A DNA stretch of 32,000 nt from Psychrobacter cryohalolentis K5 (GTDB taxonomy: Bacteria > Pseudomonadota > Gammaproteobacteria > Pseudomonadales > Moraxellaceae). Position 1 is the first letter of the stretch, and each line of letters begins with the position of its first letter. Below are positions 1 through 9,800 of this stretch, in pieces. Position numbers and translations under genes: made by a program. The notes beneath the pieces were generated by a model. The model searched no databases, was not told where the DNA came from, and worked only from the letters and a program-made list of their open reading frames with translations. Where the stretch lies: assembly GCF_000013905.1 (NCBI RefSeq), contig NC_007969.1:330001-362000 (forward strand). Reading direction: 5' to 3'.

Positions 1-310
1 CTCAATAGGTACTTGAATAGTTTTGGTGCGAAAATGCTTGGTGACAGTTACTTTACCAACATCCAAGCGCTCTTTATTGACTACTGGGCGCTCTTCTAAT
101 AATTCTAGATAACCACCGTTATTGTTATTAGTATCAGGTAGATTTTCTGAAATACTTTCTTGTTGATTGCTTATTATTGTTTGCTTCTGACTATGATCAG
201 ATGATAACAAGTCAGATGAGGTTAAATCATCTTGCGTGCCACTAGCGGTATTATTGGTAAAGTCAGGATAGTTGGTATTGGGATAGTTATTTTCATTATT
301 AGGATTCATG
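1..310 (-). CDS. DUF2382 (YsnF/AvaK-type) stress-response-like protein, N-terminal part only (runs off the window start)
   Basis: Absent from the ORF track because no stop codon lies in the window. The reverse complement from the ATG at 310..308 reads MNPNNENNYPNTNYPDFTNNTASGTQDD...NNNNGGYLELLEERPVVNKERLDVGKVTVTKHFRTKTIQVPIE. An N/Q/S/T-rich head is followed by the LxLLEERxxVNK..V..G.V.V.K opening also seen in the upstream paralogue (LDLLEERLTVNKDRIVAGLVKVGK). Confidence 0.6.
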
Positions 311-333
311 GTTATTGTCCTTATTATTGTATA

Positions 334-363
334 TAAAAAAAGACCAGAGACGAGCTCTGGTCT
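334..363 (-). terminator. Intrinsic terminator downstream of the PRC-barrel/DUF2382 gene
   Basis: Stem agaccagag (341..349) pairs with ctctggtct (355..363) around a 5-nt loop. The A-run at 335..340 gives a U-run on the minus-strand transcript. Confidence 0.6.
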
Positions 364-480
364 TATCTACTGAGCAAATCACTCAGTGGCTAATGGCTGT
401 CGTATAGTATTGATTTAAATAGTATATAACAATATCACAAATACTATTTAGATTATAAAGCCATACGAATGGCTAGCCTA

Positions 481-1329
481 TTACATACCACGAGCGCGGC
501 GTACATCTTCAGCAGTGATATCATCACGAGTAAACAAATTGCCATCACGATCAATCACGTTACCATTATTATCGACATCTAGCTCTTCACGTTGAATGGT
601 ATCTACGATAGTCTCAGTATGACGTTCTGTCGTTTTACCAACATTCACTTCTTCTGTGACATAGGTCTCTTTATTGACATGAGCACGCTCAGCTTCTAGC
701 TCAACTTCGATCGTCTCATTGCCATCGATATCACCGATACGGCGTTCAGTTGGGCGATTAACATTGGTACGTTCAATATTGGCATGCTCTTCTTCCAAGT
801 CAACATTGACGTTACGCTCTTCAGTCACGACATGCTTACCGACTTTTACCAAACCTGCCACAATACGATCTTTATTAACAGTCAGACGTTCTTCTAATAG
901 ATCTAACGTATTTGGTGCATCGTAATTGTGATCGGCAATTTCCATACGCTCAGCTTCTGGGATACTGTCAGCGACAAACGCCTGACGGTCTCTTTCATAC
1001 TGTTCTTTATAGCTATATTGATAATCATGGTCATAGACTTCCATCGCTTCGACCTGCGATTTGGTTAAGCTATCAAAGAATACGTCATCACCAACGATAC
1101 GTGCCAAACCTGCTGGTACCAATACTTCTTTTGAGCTAAACCAGCCACCTGCATCGACGATTAAGTAACGAATGCGACCAGTCGTATCTTCTACCAATGC
1201 GCCTTCGATTTTACCGATTTTTTCTTCATTAACACCAAAAGCAGTCTTGCCAGTTGGGTCATAATAATCATCACCGATCAGATCACGGTGAGTTGCTTGG
1301 ATATCTCTTAAACGAATAAGTTGGCTCAT
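481..1329 (-). CDS. PRC-barrel domain plus DUF2382 (YsnF/AvaK) domain protein, general-stress-like
   Basis: 282-aa ORF. The N-terminal region (IGKIEGALVEDTTGRIRYLIVDAGGWFSSKEVLVPAG) looks like a PRC barrel. The C-terminal half is charged and repetitive (LLEERLTVNKDRIVAGLVKVGKHVVTEE...VELEAERAHVNKETYVTEEVNVGKTTE), as in DUF2382. Shine-Dalgarno aaggaag lies upstream of the ATG. Confidence 0.8.
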   Translation of the reverse strand: MSQLIRLRDIQATHRDLIGDDYYDPTGKTAFGVNEEKIGKIEGALVEDTTGRIRYLIVDAGGWFSSKEVLVPAGLARIVGDDVFFDSLTKSQVEAMEVYDHDYQYSYKEQYERDRQAFVADSIPEAERMEIADHNYDAPNTLDLLEERLTVNKDRIVAGLVKVGKHVVTEERNVNVDLEEEHANIERTNVNRPTERRIGDIDGNETIEVELEAERAHVNKETYVTEEVNVGKTTERHTETIVDTIQREELDVDNNGNVIDRDGNLFTRDDITAEDVRRARGM

Positions 1330-1628
1330 TATTATCTTCCTTTTGTATGAGTAAATTTCTTTTTATAAAATGGTTTATTGATATTCTTATATGAACTGTT
1401 ATTAGATAAACGGTTCAAGCAATAGTATTTATTATAGCCAGTCGCTATCTCGACTTGTTGATATCGTAACAGGACGATTTGGCATGAGATATATAAGCAA
1501 GGTAGCAAAGTGTGCGCTTGACGTAAGGGTGTGTAATAGGCTGTAAAGAGCATAATCACTATATAACTTTTAAGTTAAGGCTTTCCTACGCTAATACGTT
1601 TAAGCAGACGGGTGTTAATATTTTGACA

Positions 1629-1663
1629 TAAAAAAACCGCATTGCTCAAAGCAATGCGGTTTT
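1629..1663 (-). terminator. Intrinsic terminator after the thiolase gene
   Basis: Stem ccgcattgc (1637..1645) pairs with gcaatgcgg (1651..1659) around loop tcaaa. A 7-A run at 1630..1636 gives a U-run on the minus strand. Confidence 0.7.
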
Positions 1664-1716
1664 AGATTCTAATAATAAGCTAAAGATTTACAGCATACCG
1701 ATCATTTTAAAATAAC

Positions 1717-2898
1717 TTAAGCCAATTCGATTGCTACTGCTACTGCTTCGCCGCCACCGATACATAGTGTAGCAACGCCTTTTTTGCCACCAGTACGCTT
1801 TAGAGAGTTAATAAGCGTCACTAGGATACGAGCGCCTGAACAGCCCACTGGATGACCAAGGGCACAAGCACCGCCTTCTATGTTTACTTTAGCATGTTCG
1901 ATGTTTAGCTCATCCATTGCTGCCATCGTAACCATGGCAAATGCTTCATTGATTTCCCATAAATCGACATCAGCGACTGACCAGCTAGCACTTGCCAATA
2001 CTTTTTCAATTGCGCCAACAGGGGCAATAGTGAACTCGCTTGGATGACGAGAATTAGAGGCAGTCGCGATGATACGCGCTTGATACTCTAGACCTTCTTC
2101 TTTGGCTTGTGACTCTTTCATCAATACAACAGCTGCAGCACCGTCTGAGATAGAGCTAGCGTTTGCTGCGGTGATGGTACCGTCTTTTGCAAAGGCAGGA
2201 CGCAAAGTAGGGATGCGCTCAGCATTAGCAAGGGCAGGCTGCTCATCGGTATCAACCGTTTGCTCGCCTTTACGAGTTTTGAACGTAACTGGTTCAATTT
2301 CATCTTTGAAATGATTGTCTTTGATCGCTGTTAGTGCACGATTTAGCGACTCAATAGCAAAATCATCCATTTGTTCGCGCGTATAGCCTTTTTCATCCGC
2401 CATTTCTTGTGCAAATTGACCCATTAGCTTGCCAGTATCGGCATCTTCTAGACCGTCTAAGAACATATGATCTTTGACTTCTTTATGTCCCATGCGATAG
2501 CCACCACGCGACCCTGGCATGATATAAGGCGCATTGGTCATCGACTCCATACCGCCAGCAACAGCAACCTTAAAGCTTCCGGCTTTGATACCGTCATGAG
2601 CTTGCATAACTGCTTTTAGACCTGAGCCGCACAGCTTATTGATGGTAACCGCACCCGTTGCATCAGACAAGCCAGCTTTGCGCATCGCTTGACGCGCAGG
2701 ACCTTGACCCAAACCTGCGGTTAAGATACAGCCCATAATAACTTCATCAATATTATCAACATTAACGCCTGAACGCGCAACAGCTGCTTTGATAGCCGCT
2801 GCGCCCAAATCTGTGGCGCTTATGTCTGTCAATGCGCCTTGGAAGCCGCCCATCGGGGTGCGAGCGCCGTTTAAGATTACAATTGCATCATGTGACAT
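1717..2898 (-). CDS. Acetyl-CoA C-acetyltransferase (thiolase II)
   Basis: 393 aa. Thiolase signatures are present: NKLCGSGLKA (acyl-enzyme Cys), GHPVGCSGARIL and CIGGGEAVA near the C-terminus. Confidence 0.93.
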   Translation of the reverse strand: MSHDAIVILNGARTPMGGFQGALTDISATDLGAAAIKAAVARSGVNVDNIDEVIMGCILTAGLGQGPARQAMRKAGLSDATGAVTINKLCGSGLKAVMQAHDGIKAGSFKVAVAGGMESMTNAPYIMPGSRGGYRMGHKEVKDHMFLDGLEDADTGKLMGQFAQEMADEKGYTREQMDDFAIESLNRALTAIKDNHFKDEIEPVTFKTRKGEQTVDTDEQPALANAERIPTLRPAFAKDGTITAANASSISDGAAAVVLMKESQAKEEGLEYQARIIATASNSRHPSEFTIAPVGAIEKVLASASWSVADVDLWEINEAFAMVTMAAMDELNIEHAKVNIEGGACALGHPVGCSGARILVTLINSLKRTGGKKGVATLCIGGGEAVAVAIELA

Positions 2899-2956
2899 TG
2901 TTATTTCCTTTTTTGAGTATTTTAATCCAACATATTTGATTGATTAAAGTATATTT

Positions 2957-4303
2957 TTACGCCAGCTCATCTAAGCGTATGCGTACTACTTTATCAATAA
3001 TGGTGTCTAACTTCTCGATTTTTTCGATGGCAAGATTCATCTGACTCTCACCCACTGGCAGCGTTAAAATAATCACTGGCACTTGCCCGAGCTTATGCGC
3101 CGGTTTTTGTAAAATAGCATCGATATTGATACCGGCATCACTCAAGATACGGGTAATATCTGCCAACACACCAGGGCTATCGTACGCATGTACACGTAAA
3201 TAATATCCAGTAATCATTTGTTCAGCACGCAATATCGGCGTATCTGACAATTTTTCAGGGATAAAGGCTAAGTGCGGTACATGATGACCATTGCTGTTTT
3301 GTTGGTCAGCATCTTTACATCCTAACACACGCACTAAATCCATCACATCTGCCATCACTGCAGAAGCCGTTGCGCCTGCACCCGCGCCGTCACCGCAATA
3401 TAACGTCTGACCGAGAGGGTGAGAGTTCACCAGTACGGCATTCTTTACGCCATTAACATTAGCAAGCAGGGCGTTCTGTGGAATCAGTGTTGGGTGTACA
3501 CGCAGCTCAATACCAGCGCTGTCGTCCCCACTGCCATTTCCTGCACGGCGAACTGCAAAGCCCAAGTGCTTGATACGATAGCCAAGCTCTTCAGCGTAAT
3601 TGACATCCTGCAAAGTAATACCGGTAATACCTTCACAATAGACTTTGTCAAACTGCAATGGAATACCAAAGGCGATAGAGGCAAGTAGCGCCAGCTTGTG
3701 CGCCGCATCGATACCTTCTACGTCAAAAGTAGGGTCGGCCTCAGCATAACCAAGTGCTTGCGCCTCGTTCAGTACATCGGCAAACGGACGACCTTTATCG
3801 CGCATCTCTGTCATGATAAAGTTGCCCGTACCATTAATGATACCCGCTAGCCAATCAATTTTATTGGCAGCTAAACCTTCACGCATGACCTTAATAATTG
3901 GAATACCACCTGCTACGGCTGCTTCATAGGCGACATGAACATTATGCTGTTCAGCAAAAGCAAAAATCTCATTACCATGCTCAGCCAATAACGCTTTATT
4001 GGCGGTCACCACATGCTTGCCATTTTTGATGGCGTGCATAATAACGTCTTTTGCAAGGGTCGTACCGCCAATCAATTCGATGACAATATCGACATTGTCA
4101 CTGGCAGCGGTTGCCATCAGATCACTGTTTTGCATAATATTGGGATTAATGTCATCACGCTGACGACGAATACCAACTTCGGTAATCACAATGTCGCGTC
4201 CGCTACGACGTTTTAGTTCATCTAAATTATCATTGATTAGATTGACCACGCCCGTTCCGACGGTGCCTAAACCAAGTATCGCTAGTTTGATGGATTTGCT
4301 CAC
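2957..4303 (-). CDS. hom: Homoserine dehydrogenase with C-terminal ACT domain
   Basis: 448 aa. Contains an N-terminal Rossmann motif ILGLGTVGTG, the catalytic core, and a C-terminal ACT-like segment YYLRVHAYDSPGVLADITRILSDAGINI. GTG start at 4303 with gagga 6 nt upstream. Confidence 0.94.
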   Translation of the reverse strand: MSKSIKLAILGLGTVGTGVVNLINDNLDELKRRSGRDIVITEVGIRRQRDDINPNIMQNSDLMATAASDNVDIVIELIGGTTLAKDVIMHAIKNGKHVVTANKALLAEHGNEIFAFAEQHNVHVAYEAAVAGGIPIIKVMREGLAANKIDWLAGIINGTGNFIMTEMRDKGRPFADVLNEAQALGYAEADPTFDVEGIDAAHKLALLASIAFGIPLQFDKVYCEGITGITLQDVNYAEELGYRIKHLGFAVRRAGNGSGDDSAGIELRVHPTLIPQNALLANVNGVKNAVLVNSHPLGQTLYCGDGAGAGATASAVMADVMDLVRVLGCKDADQQNSNGHHVPHLAFIPEKLSDTPILRAEQMITGYYLRVHAYDSPGVLADITRILSDAGINIDAILQKPAHKLGQVPVIILTLPVGESQMNLAIEKIEKLDTIIDKVVRIRLDELA

Positions 4304-4517
4304 AGGATCCTCAAGAGATTAAATAGTGGGATAAAAAACGCTGCTATGAAAGATCTTGAAACTACAAGAATCACTAACATAAATAAGCGCTTATATAGAA
4401 ATTATATGGCTAAGTTTGCCTAGCGCTTTATCCTATCATACCGATAAGCAGTTGTGACGTCTACACAATGTCGCCACCGTCATACATATCACAAATACTT
4501 AAAGCATATAACCGTCT

Positions 4518-5375
4518 TTAGTTAGCGCCAACTGCTTCTGCCAATTGAGCTGCAGGTAGATAGCCGCCTACTTGCTGTCCTGCTTCAGTAAAGATAGCGG
4601 GCGTACCTCGCACACCAAGTTTTGCCCCTAATGCCATCTGTTCTTGTACAGGATTGGCACAGCTAGGCGCTTGCACATCGGCGCCAGCTTTCCCTTGATT
4701 CATTGCCGCCTTACGATCTTGACTACACCAAATAGCTTCCATTTTTGGCACTGATTCTTGGCTACGTGGCCATGCCAAATAACGTACCTCGATGCCACGT
4801 GTATTAATATCATCCATCTCTTCATGCAATTTACGGCAATAACCACAATCTGCATCTGTAAAGGCGTAAACCACAGCTTTAGTCGCGCCCTTTGCTGGAT
4901 AAATAACCATGTCTTTTTTGTCGACTGCTTTTAACGCTTCTTGGGCAGTACTGGCCAACAACGCGGCACTAATATCTACAGGCGCTTCTGCACCAACCGC
5001 GATGATTTGCCCTTGAATAATATGCTTGCCCGTCTTATCCGTAAAAAAAGAAGGCAATCCTTCAGCTGTCACCCAATAAATACCAGTCATATCGGTTGGT
5101 ACAGCTGAGAGGATAGTCTCTTCAATACCAGAAGCCTTTAAATTGGCTTGCAAAGATTTTACTACTTTAGCATCGCTATCCTTAGAAACCGCAGCAGTAC
5201 TCGTTTTGGCTTTGCTGCTATTGACAAGATCTGTATTGTTGGTCGCATCTGCTGCATTGTTAGAGCAGCCAGCTGCAACGATAACCAGCAAGGCAGCACT
5301 CATAACACGAGTAAGAGGACTGCGAGAAAACGTATCACGGTTGGGATTGGTTTTAGAAAAAGGCGCTAAGAACAT
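4518..5375 (-). CDS. dsbC: Thiol:disulfide interchange protein DsbC-like, with an apparent lipoprotein signal
   Basis: 285 aa. Thioredoxin-fold active site DADCGYCRKLH (CGYC is the DsbC type). The N-terminus ends in LLVIVAAGC-S (lipobox-like), followed by a low-complexity S/T/A/K linker. Shine-Dalgarno aaggaaa lies upstream. Confidence 0.85.
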   Translation of the reverse strand: MFLAPFSKTNPNRDTFSRSPLTRVMSAALLVIVAAGCSNNAADATNNTDLVNSSKAKTSTAAVSKDSDAKVVKSLQANLKASGIEETILSAVPTDMTGIYWVTAEGLPSFFTDKTGKHIIQGQIIAVGAEAPVDISAALLASTAQEALKAVDKKDMVIYPAKGATKAVVYAFTDADCGYCRKLHEEMDDINTRGIEVRYLAWPRSQESVPKMEAIWCSQDRKAAMNQGKAGADVQAPSCANPVQEQMALGAKLGVRGTPAIFTEAGQQVGGYLPAAQLAEAVGAN

Positions 5376-5775
5376 AGGATGTTTCCTTTAGGCAGTCATG
5401 CCTAATCAAGATTTTGATAGCAAAAGGTAATGAAGATCTTTTGGAATTTTGATCTAACATGATGACTAGATCGATCTATAAGAGGTAATAAATTTTTACA
5501 GTTTATTGATAACAAAAGATAACTAATAATCAGCCTCATATTAGCATATTTTTATAAATAACCGCGAAAGCCTGTATAACGGTCTTATTAAATACACAAT
5601 TTGTAGCTATTCGTTAAGAAAATATAAATAAAATACATTTGTGCTATTTCATATCATTTTATGTCTAGGTAGGCTACTGCTTATAACTGTGTTTTATGAC
5701 TGACCATATTTTACGACAGAGTCATCTGTTATTTGAAAATTTACTTATTGAAGCAATTTAGCTTAAGGAGCGACT

Positions 5776-6699
5776 ATGGCAGGTGCCAGTTTATTAACCT
5801 TACTTGATGATATCAGTGTGATCTTGGATGACGTTTCGGTCATGACCAAAATCGCCGCCAAAAAAACAGCAGGGGTGTTGGGTGATGACTTAGCGCTTAA
5901 CGCTGAGCAAGTTACAGGCGTCAAAGCAAACCGTGAGCTTCCCGTTGTCTGGGCGGTTGCCAAAGGCTCATTTATTAATAAGCTCATTTTGGTGCCAGCG
6001 GCCATACTTATCAGCGCTATTTACCCGCCATTAATTACGTTTTTATTGATGTGTGGTGGGTTGTTTTTGGTTTATGAAGGTGCCGAAAAAGTCATCCACC
6101 GCTTTTGGCCACATGCTTTACCGCATGATGAAGAGCAAGAAGCTCGTCGCAAAGCCAATGCTGATGAAACAGTAGACTTGGTTGCTTTTGAAAAAGAGAA
6201 AATCAAAGGAGCAATACGTACCGATTTTATTTTATCAGCAGAAATCATTGTGATTGCATTGGGTGCCACTGCTAGCGCAACTTTGCTAGAGCGCAGTTTG
6301 GTACTTTCTATTTTAGCGATTAGTATTACCGTTGGTATTTATGGTCTGGTTGCCGGTATTGTCAAGATTGATGATGTTGGTTTACATATGATGGAAAAAG
6401 AAGGCGCATTTACCCAAAAGGTCGGTAAGATTCTATTTGCTGCAGCGCCCAAATTAATGAAATTTCTATCTATCGCTGGTACCTTAGCGATGTTCTTAGT
6501 CGGTGGTGGTATCTTAGTTCATGGTATTAATTTCTTATATCATGGTGTTGAAGATATTGCGCATTTGACCGGTATCTTTGAAAGTTTCACTACCGCCTTA
6601 TTGAATGGTGTTATTGGCTTTATTATTGGTGCGATCATCGTTGCACTCTTGACGGTTGTTGGTAAAATACGCAACAAGGATGAATCTGCTGCTCATTAA
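5776..6699 (+). CDS. yedI: DUF808 family inner-membrane protein (YedI-like)
   Basis: 307 aa. The N-terminus MAGASLLTLLDDISVILDDVSVMTKIAAKKTAGVLGDDLALNAEQV is characteristic of DUF808. Several TM segments are present. Strong Shine-Dalgarno taaggag. Confidence 0.85.
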   Translation: MAGASLLTLLDDISVILDDVSVMTKIAAKKTAGVLGDDLALNAEQVTGVKANRELPVVWAVAKGSFINKLILVPAAILISAIYPPLITFLLMCGGLFLVYEGAEKVIHRFWPHALPHDEEQEARRKANADETVDLVAFEKEKIKGAIRTDFILSAEIIVIALGATASATLLERSLVLSILAISITVGIYGLVAGIVKIDDVGLHMMEKEGAFTQKVGKILFAAAPKLMKFLSIAGTLAMFLVGGGILVHGINFLYHGVEDIAHLTGIFESFTTALLNGVIGFIIGAIIVALLTVVGKIRNKDESAAH

Positions 6700-6760
6700 T
6701 AGCTTTGGTTATTAATCGAAAATATTAAATAAGCTCTTATATTCAATCAAATAGAAAATG

Positions 6761-6805
6761 AAAAAAGCCCCAAAGTTGCTGACAACTTTGGGGCTTTTGC
6801 TTTTT
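6761..6805. terminator. Bidirectional intrinsic terminator between yedI and rne
   Basis: 12-bp stem gccccaaagttg (6767..6778) pairs with caactttggggc (6783..6794) around loop ctga. It is flanked by an A-run (6761..6766) and T-runs (6795 onward). Confidence 0.8.
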
Positions 6806-6823
6806 AGATAGGGTAACTTACGA

Positions 6824-9800
6824 TTAGCTCTCTCTATCTAAGTTGTCTGAATCATCTGACTCAAGTTTTTCAGCTTGCGTCGGCTTTTTATGATCAGCTT
6901 TTGGCTTACGGGCACGAGCCTTTGGTACTTTAGGCGTTGTTAAGTTGAACATGCCTTTTTGTGGTAGTAATTGCTCTGCCACATTTTCAATCATGTTTTT
7001 ATAACTGGCTATGGTCGTTTTTGACTTGGCTGCTTGACTGTCGTCTTTCAGAGAAGGCGCTACTATTGATTCAGCATCTTGTACAGTCTCACTTTGCTCG
7101 ACAGTAATGTTTGCAACCTCAGCAGCGTCGACGTCGGTCATTTTGATTTCAGATACATCATTTTCGACACTTCTGATACTTTCAATATCAGTGCTTTCGA
7201 TATGAGCTTGCACTGCATCTACTTCTGCTAACGTTTGCTCAGCATCTAATAACTGCTTGCTTTGATCACTAACAGCATCTGCTTGAGCTTGATTGGCCAG
7301 AGCATCAGCTTCTACTTCATGCGCATCAATATCGATGCCCGTTTGAACGGGCTCGTTATTTGCCGCATCAGTAACCGCCAATACCGCTGATTCTTTATAA
7401 TCAGGATGCTGACCACGTGGATCGTTGCTAGCACGTTTACTGATAGCACGGGGTTCTACTGAGGTTTTACCTTGGGACGCTGCAAACTGACTGACGGCTT
7501 TTGTCATTGACTCAAAACGTGCAATGTAGTCCGCTGCTAAAGGCTGATAGCCGTAGTTACTAAAGTCAAAGTCGCTATGAGCAACTGGTTTAATAGCCAC
7601 TTGCTTGTCAGCGCTGTCTTTAACTAGCGTCTGCTCTAGATGCTTAGCGATAGCAGCATTAAAGCAGCTGATGACACCGTCTGTCGCTAAGCGATTTTCT
7701 GCCTCTGCTAAGGTTGCACGGATAAATTCACCAACCGTACCACGAATGGTAGGAGCGCGCTCACTAGCTTGCGCATCCTGCTCATTTGCGTGAGACGCTT
7801 TAGCAAATGATGCTTGCACCTGTTGAAGACGTACGACGCGTGGGTCATTACTGGCTTGACCAAACTTATTTGCCGCAACGTAGCGTTCAGCAAATAAAGA
7901 ATCACGGCTAAGCTCAAGTACTGCCTGACTGCTACTATCCTCGGCAGCAACTTCGTTAGAATCCACGACCACATTTTCTTCGGCAGTATTTTCAGCAACA
8001 TGAGCCTTCTGAGTGGTTTCGATTGGCGCTGCCTTTTCTACTTGTACCGCTACCACTTCTTGAGTTGATGCAGTATTCTCGGCTTCACTGTCCATGCTAA
8101 TTTTTGTATTAGCTCGTTCATCTACAGCAGGTTTGTGGCTACTAATTTTATCGCCGCTTTTATCGTCTTCTTTCGAAGTGGGTTGATTCGCTTTGTCGGG
8201 ATTAGCGCTTTTTTCTACTTGATCGATCTGAGTAGTATTGACGTGTGCAGAGACTTTTTCAGAAGTTTTAGCTTGGACGCTACTTTGTTGTGTGTTATCA
8301 GATGCAACGCTACTGGTATCAATCGTTTTAGAAGTTTTTTGAGCTGGTTTGTTATCGACTGGCTTTTGCTTATCCGCACGCTGCTCATTATTATTCTCTG
8401 AATGCTCTTTTTCAGCATCAGCATCAGTATCACTTTCAATTACTGCTTGCTTGTGAGTCGCTTGGCGTGATGTAGTAGACTTGCTATCATCTAATGACAA
8501 ATGTACCACTTCTGGTGATTTGAGCTCACTAGTAGCTTCATTTACCTGTAATACTACTTCATTAGGGTCTTGGTTGCGACGCGCATTAGAATGGTGTTTG
8601 TTGCTGTTAGCATTTTTAGAGGCTTGCTGATTGTTTTGCTTAGAGTCAGCTGCCGTTAAAGTTTCACCGCGCTCAAGCTTGCCACGTGATCCACGTTGAC
8701 TGTTCGATTTGCGCTTAGTACGAGTTTGCTCTTCTACTACATTATCAGAGCTGTCAGAACGACTGCTGTCGCTGACACTGGTTGCATTAACACTGGTCGG
8801 ATTAGCGTTGTCTTCATTTGTATTACGATTATTGTCTTGGCGATTGTTGCGATTACGATCGTTATGACGTCTATTATCCTGCTGACGTTTATCTTGATTG
8901 TTAGCTTTGTCATCAGTGCTAGCGCTGCTGTCAGTCGTATTGCTAGTGGCGCTATTCTCAGTTTCATCTGCCTGCTCTTTTCTTTGACGCGGCTTAGATG
9001 GTCTTGATTTGCGTGGTTTACGTCTTCTTCTTTCTTCAGCGTCGCTGCTATCATCAGTACTACTCTCAGCAGAACGTGTCAGTTGACGATTCTGCTCATT
9101 ACTACTTTGCTGATTAGTTGCTGGCTGAGGCGTTGCAGTATTTTGACTATTATTATTGTTCGCTAAAGCCGTATTATCCACTTGGCCAAACGAGCCTAGA
9201 CTTTGTGCTCCGGTATTAACCAATGCTTCAATAGCTTCAGCAGCATCTCGACTACTAACACTCGATGTGGTTTGAGCTTGCGGTGCTTGCGCAAATAAAT
9301 TAGATAACCAAGCAACTGCTTGCGGCTGTGCAGCGGCAATAGCAGTAGGTTGTGGTGCTACTGGCGCTGATGGGGTCACAATGTTTTGAGAGCTCTGAGG
9401 GTTTTGAGCGCTTGGAGTCTCTTGAGCCTGTGGCGCACGTGCTGATGTCACATTGCTACTATTGTTATTACTGCGATGTTCATTGCTATGACTGGTGCTA
9501 TTCTGTTGCTGCTGCGTAGGCGTACTTTGCTGGGCATTAGGACGAGCCTGCGCTTGATCGCTGCTATTTTTATCCGCAGCTTGACGAGGCTGTCGAGTTG
9601 GCTGCTGCTCAGGGCGCTCTTTTTCAGCCGTTTGCCAGTCAACGTTGTAGCCAAGCTCGCTATGTTCTTGCAGCTGAGTATCGGTGATACGCTCGTAGCT
9701 TGACGGGGCAAAGCCATCGCGATTAAAGTGAAGTTTAAAGTTTGGCGACTCTAAATGCGCATGCGGCAAAATAGTGATACGTGTACCACTGTCTTGCTCA

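Noticed and set aside
432-445. 14-mer atatcacaaatact, repeated at 432..445 and 4486..4499, both just 3' of minus-strand stop codons.
   Set aside because: A single exact 14-mer coincidence is about what chance gives for all pairwise positions in 32 kb of AT-rich DNA. The match does not extend on either side.
1332-1559. 75-aa minus-strand ORF upstream of the PRC-barrel gene.
   Set aside because: It is an AT-rich promoter region. The translation is dominated by Y/K/N/L codons typical of non-coding AT-rich DNA, and there is no ribosome-binding site.
7605-9717. Multiple 60-105-aa ORFs on both strands inside rne (for example 7605..7793, 7708..8001, 8135..8401, 8215..8439, 8696..9007, 8737..9054, 9448..9717, 9476..9703).
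   Set aside because: They lie within the low-complexity tail of a clearly real 1449-aa gene. Biased, stop-poor composition produces long alternative frames. Their translations are repetitive, with no start context and no recognisable domains.
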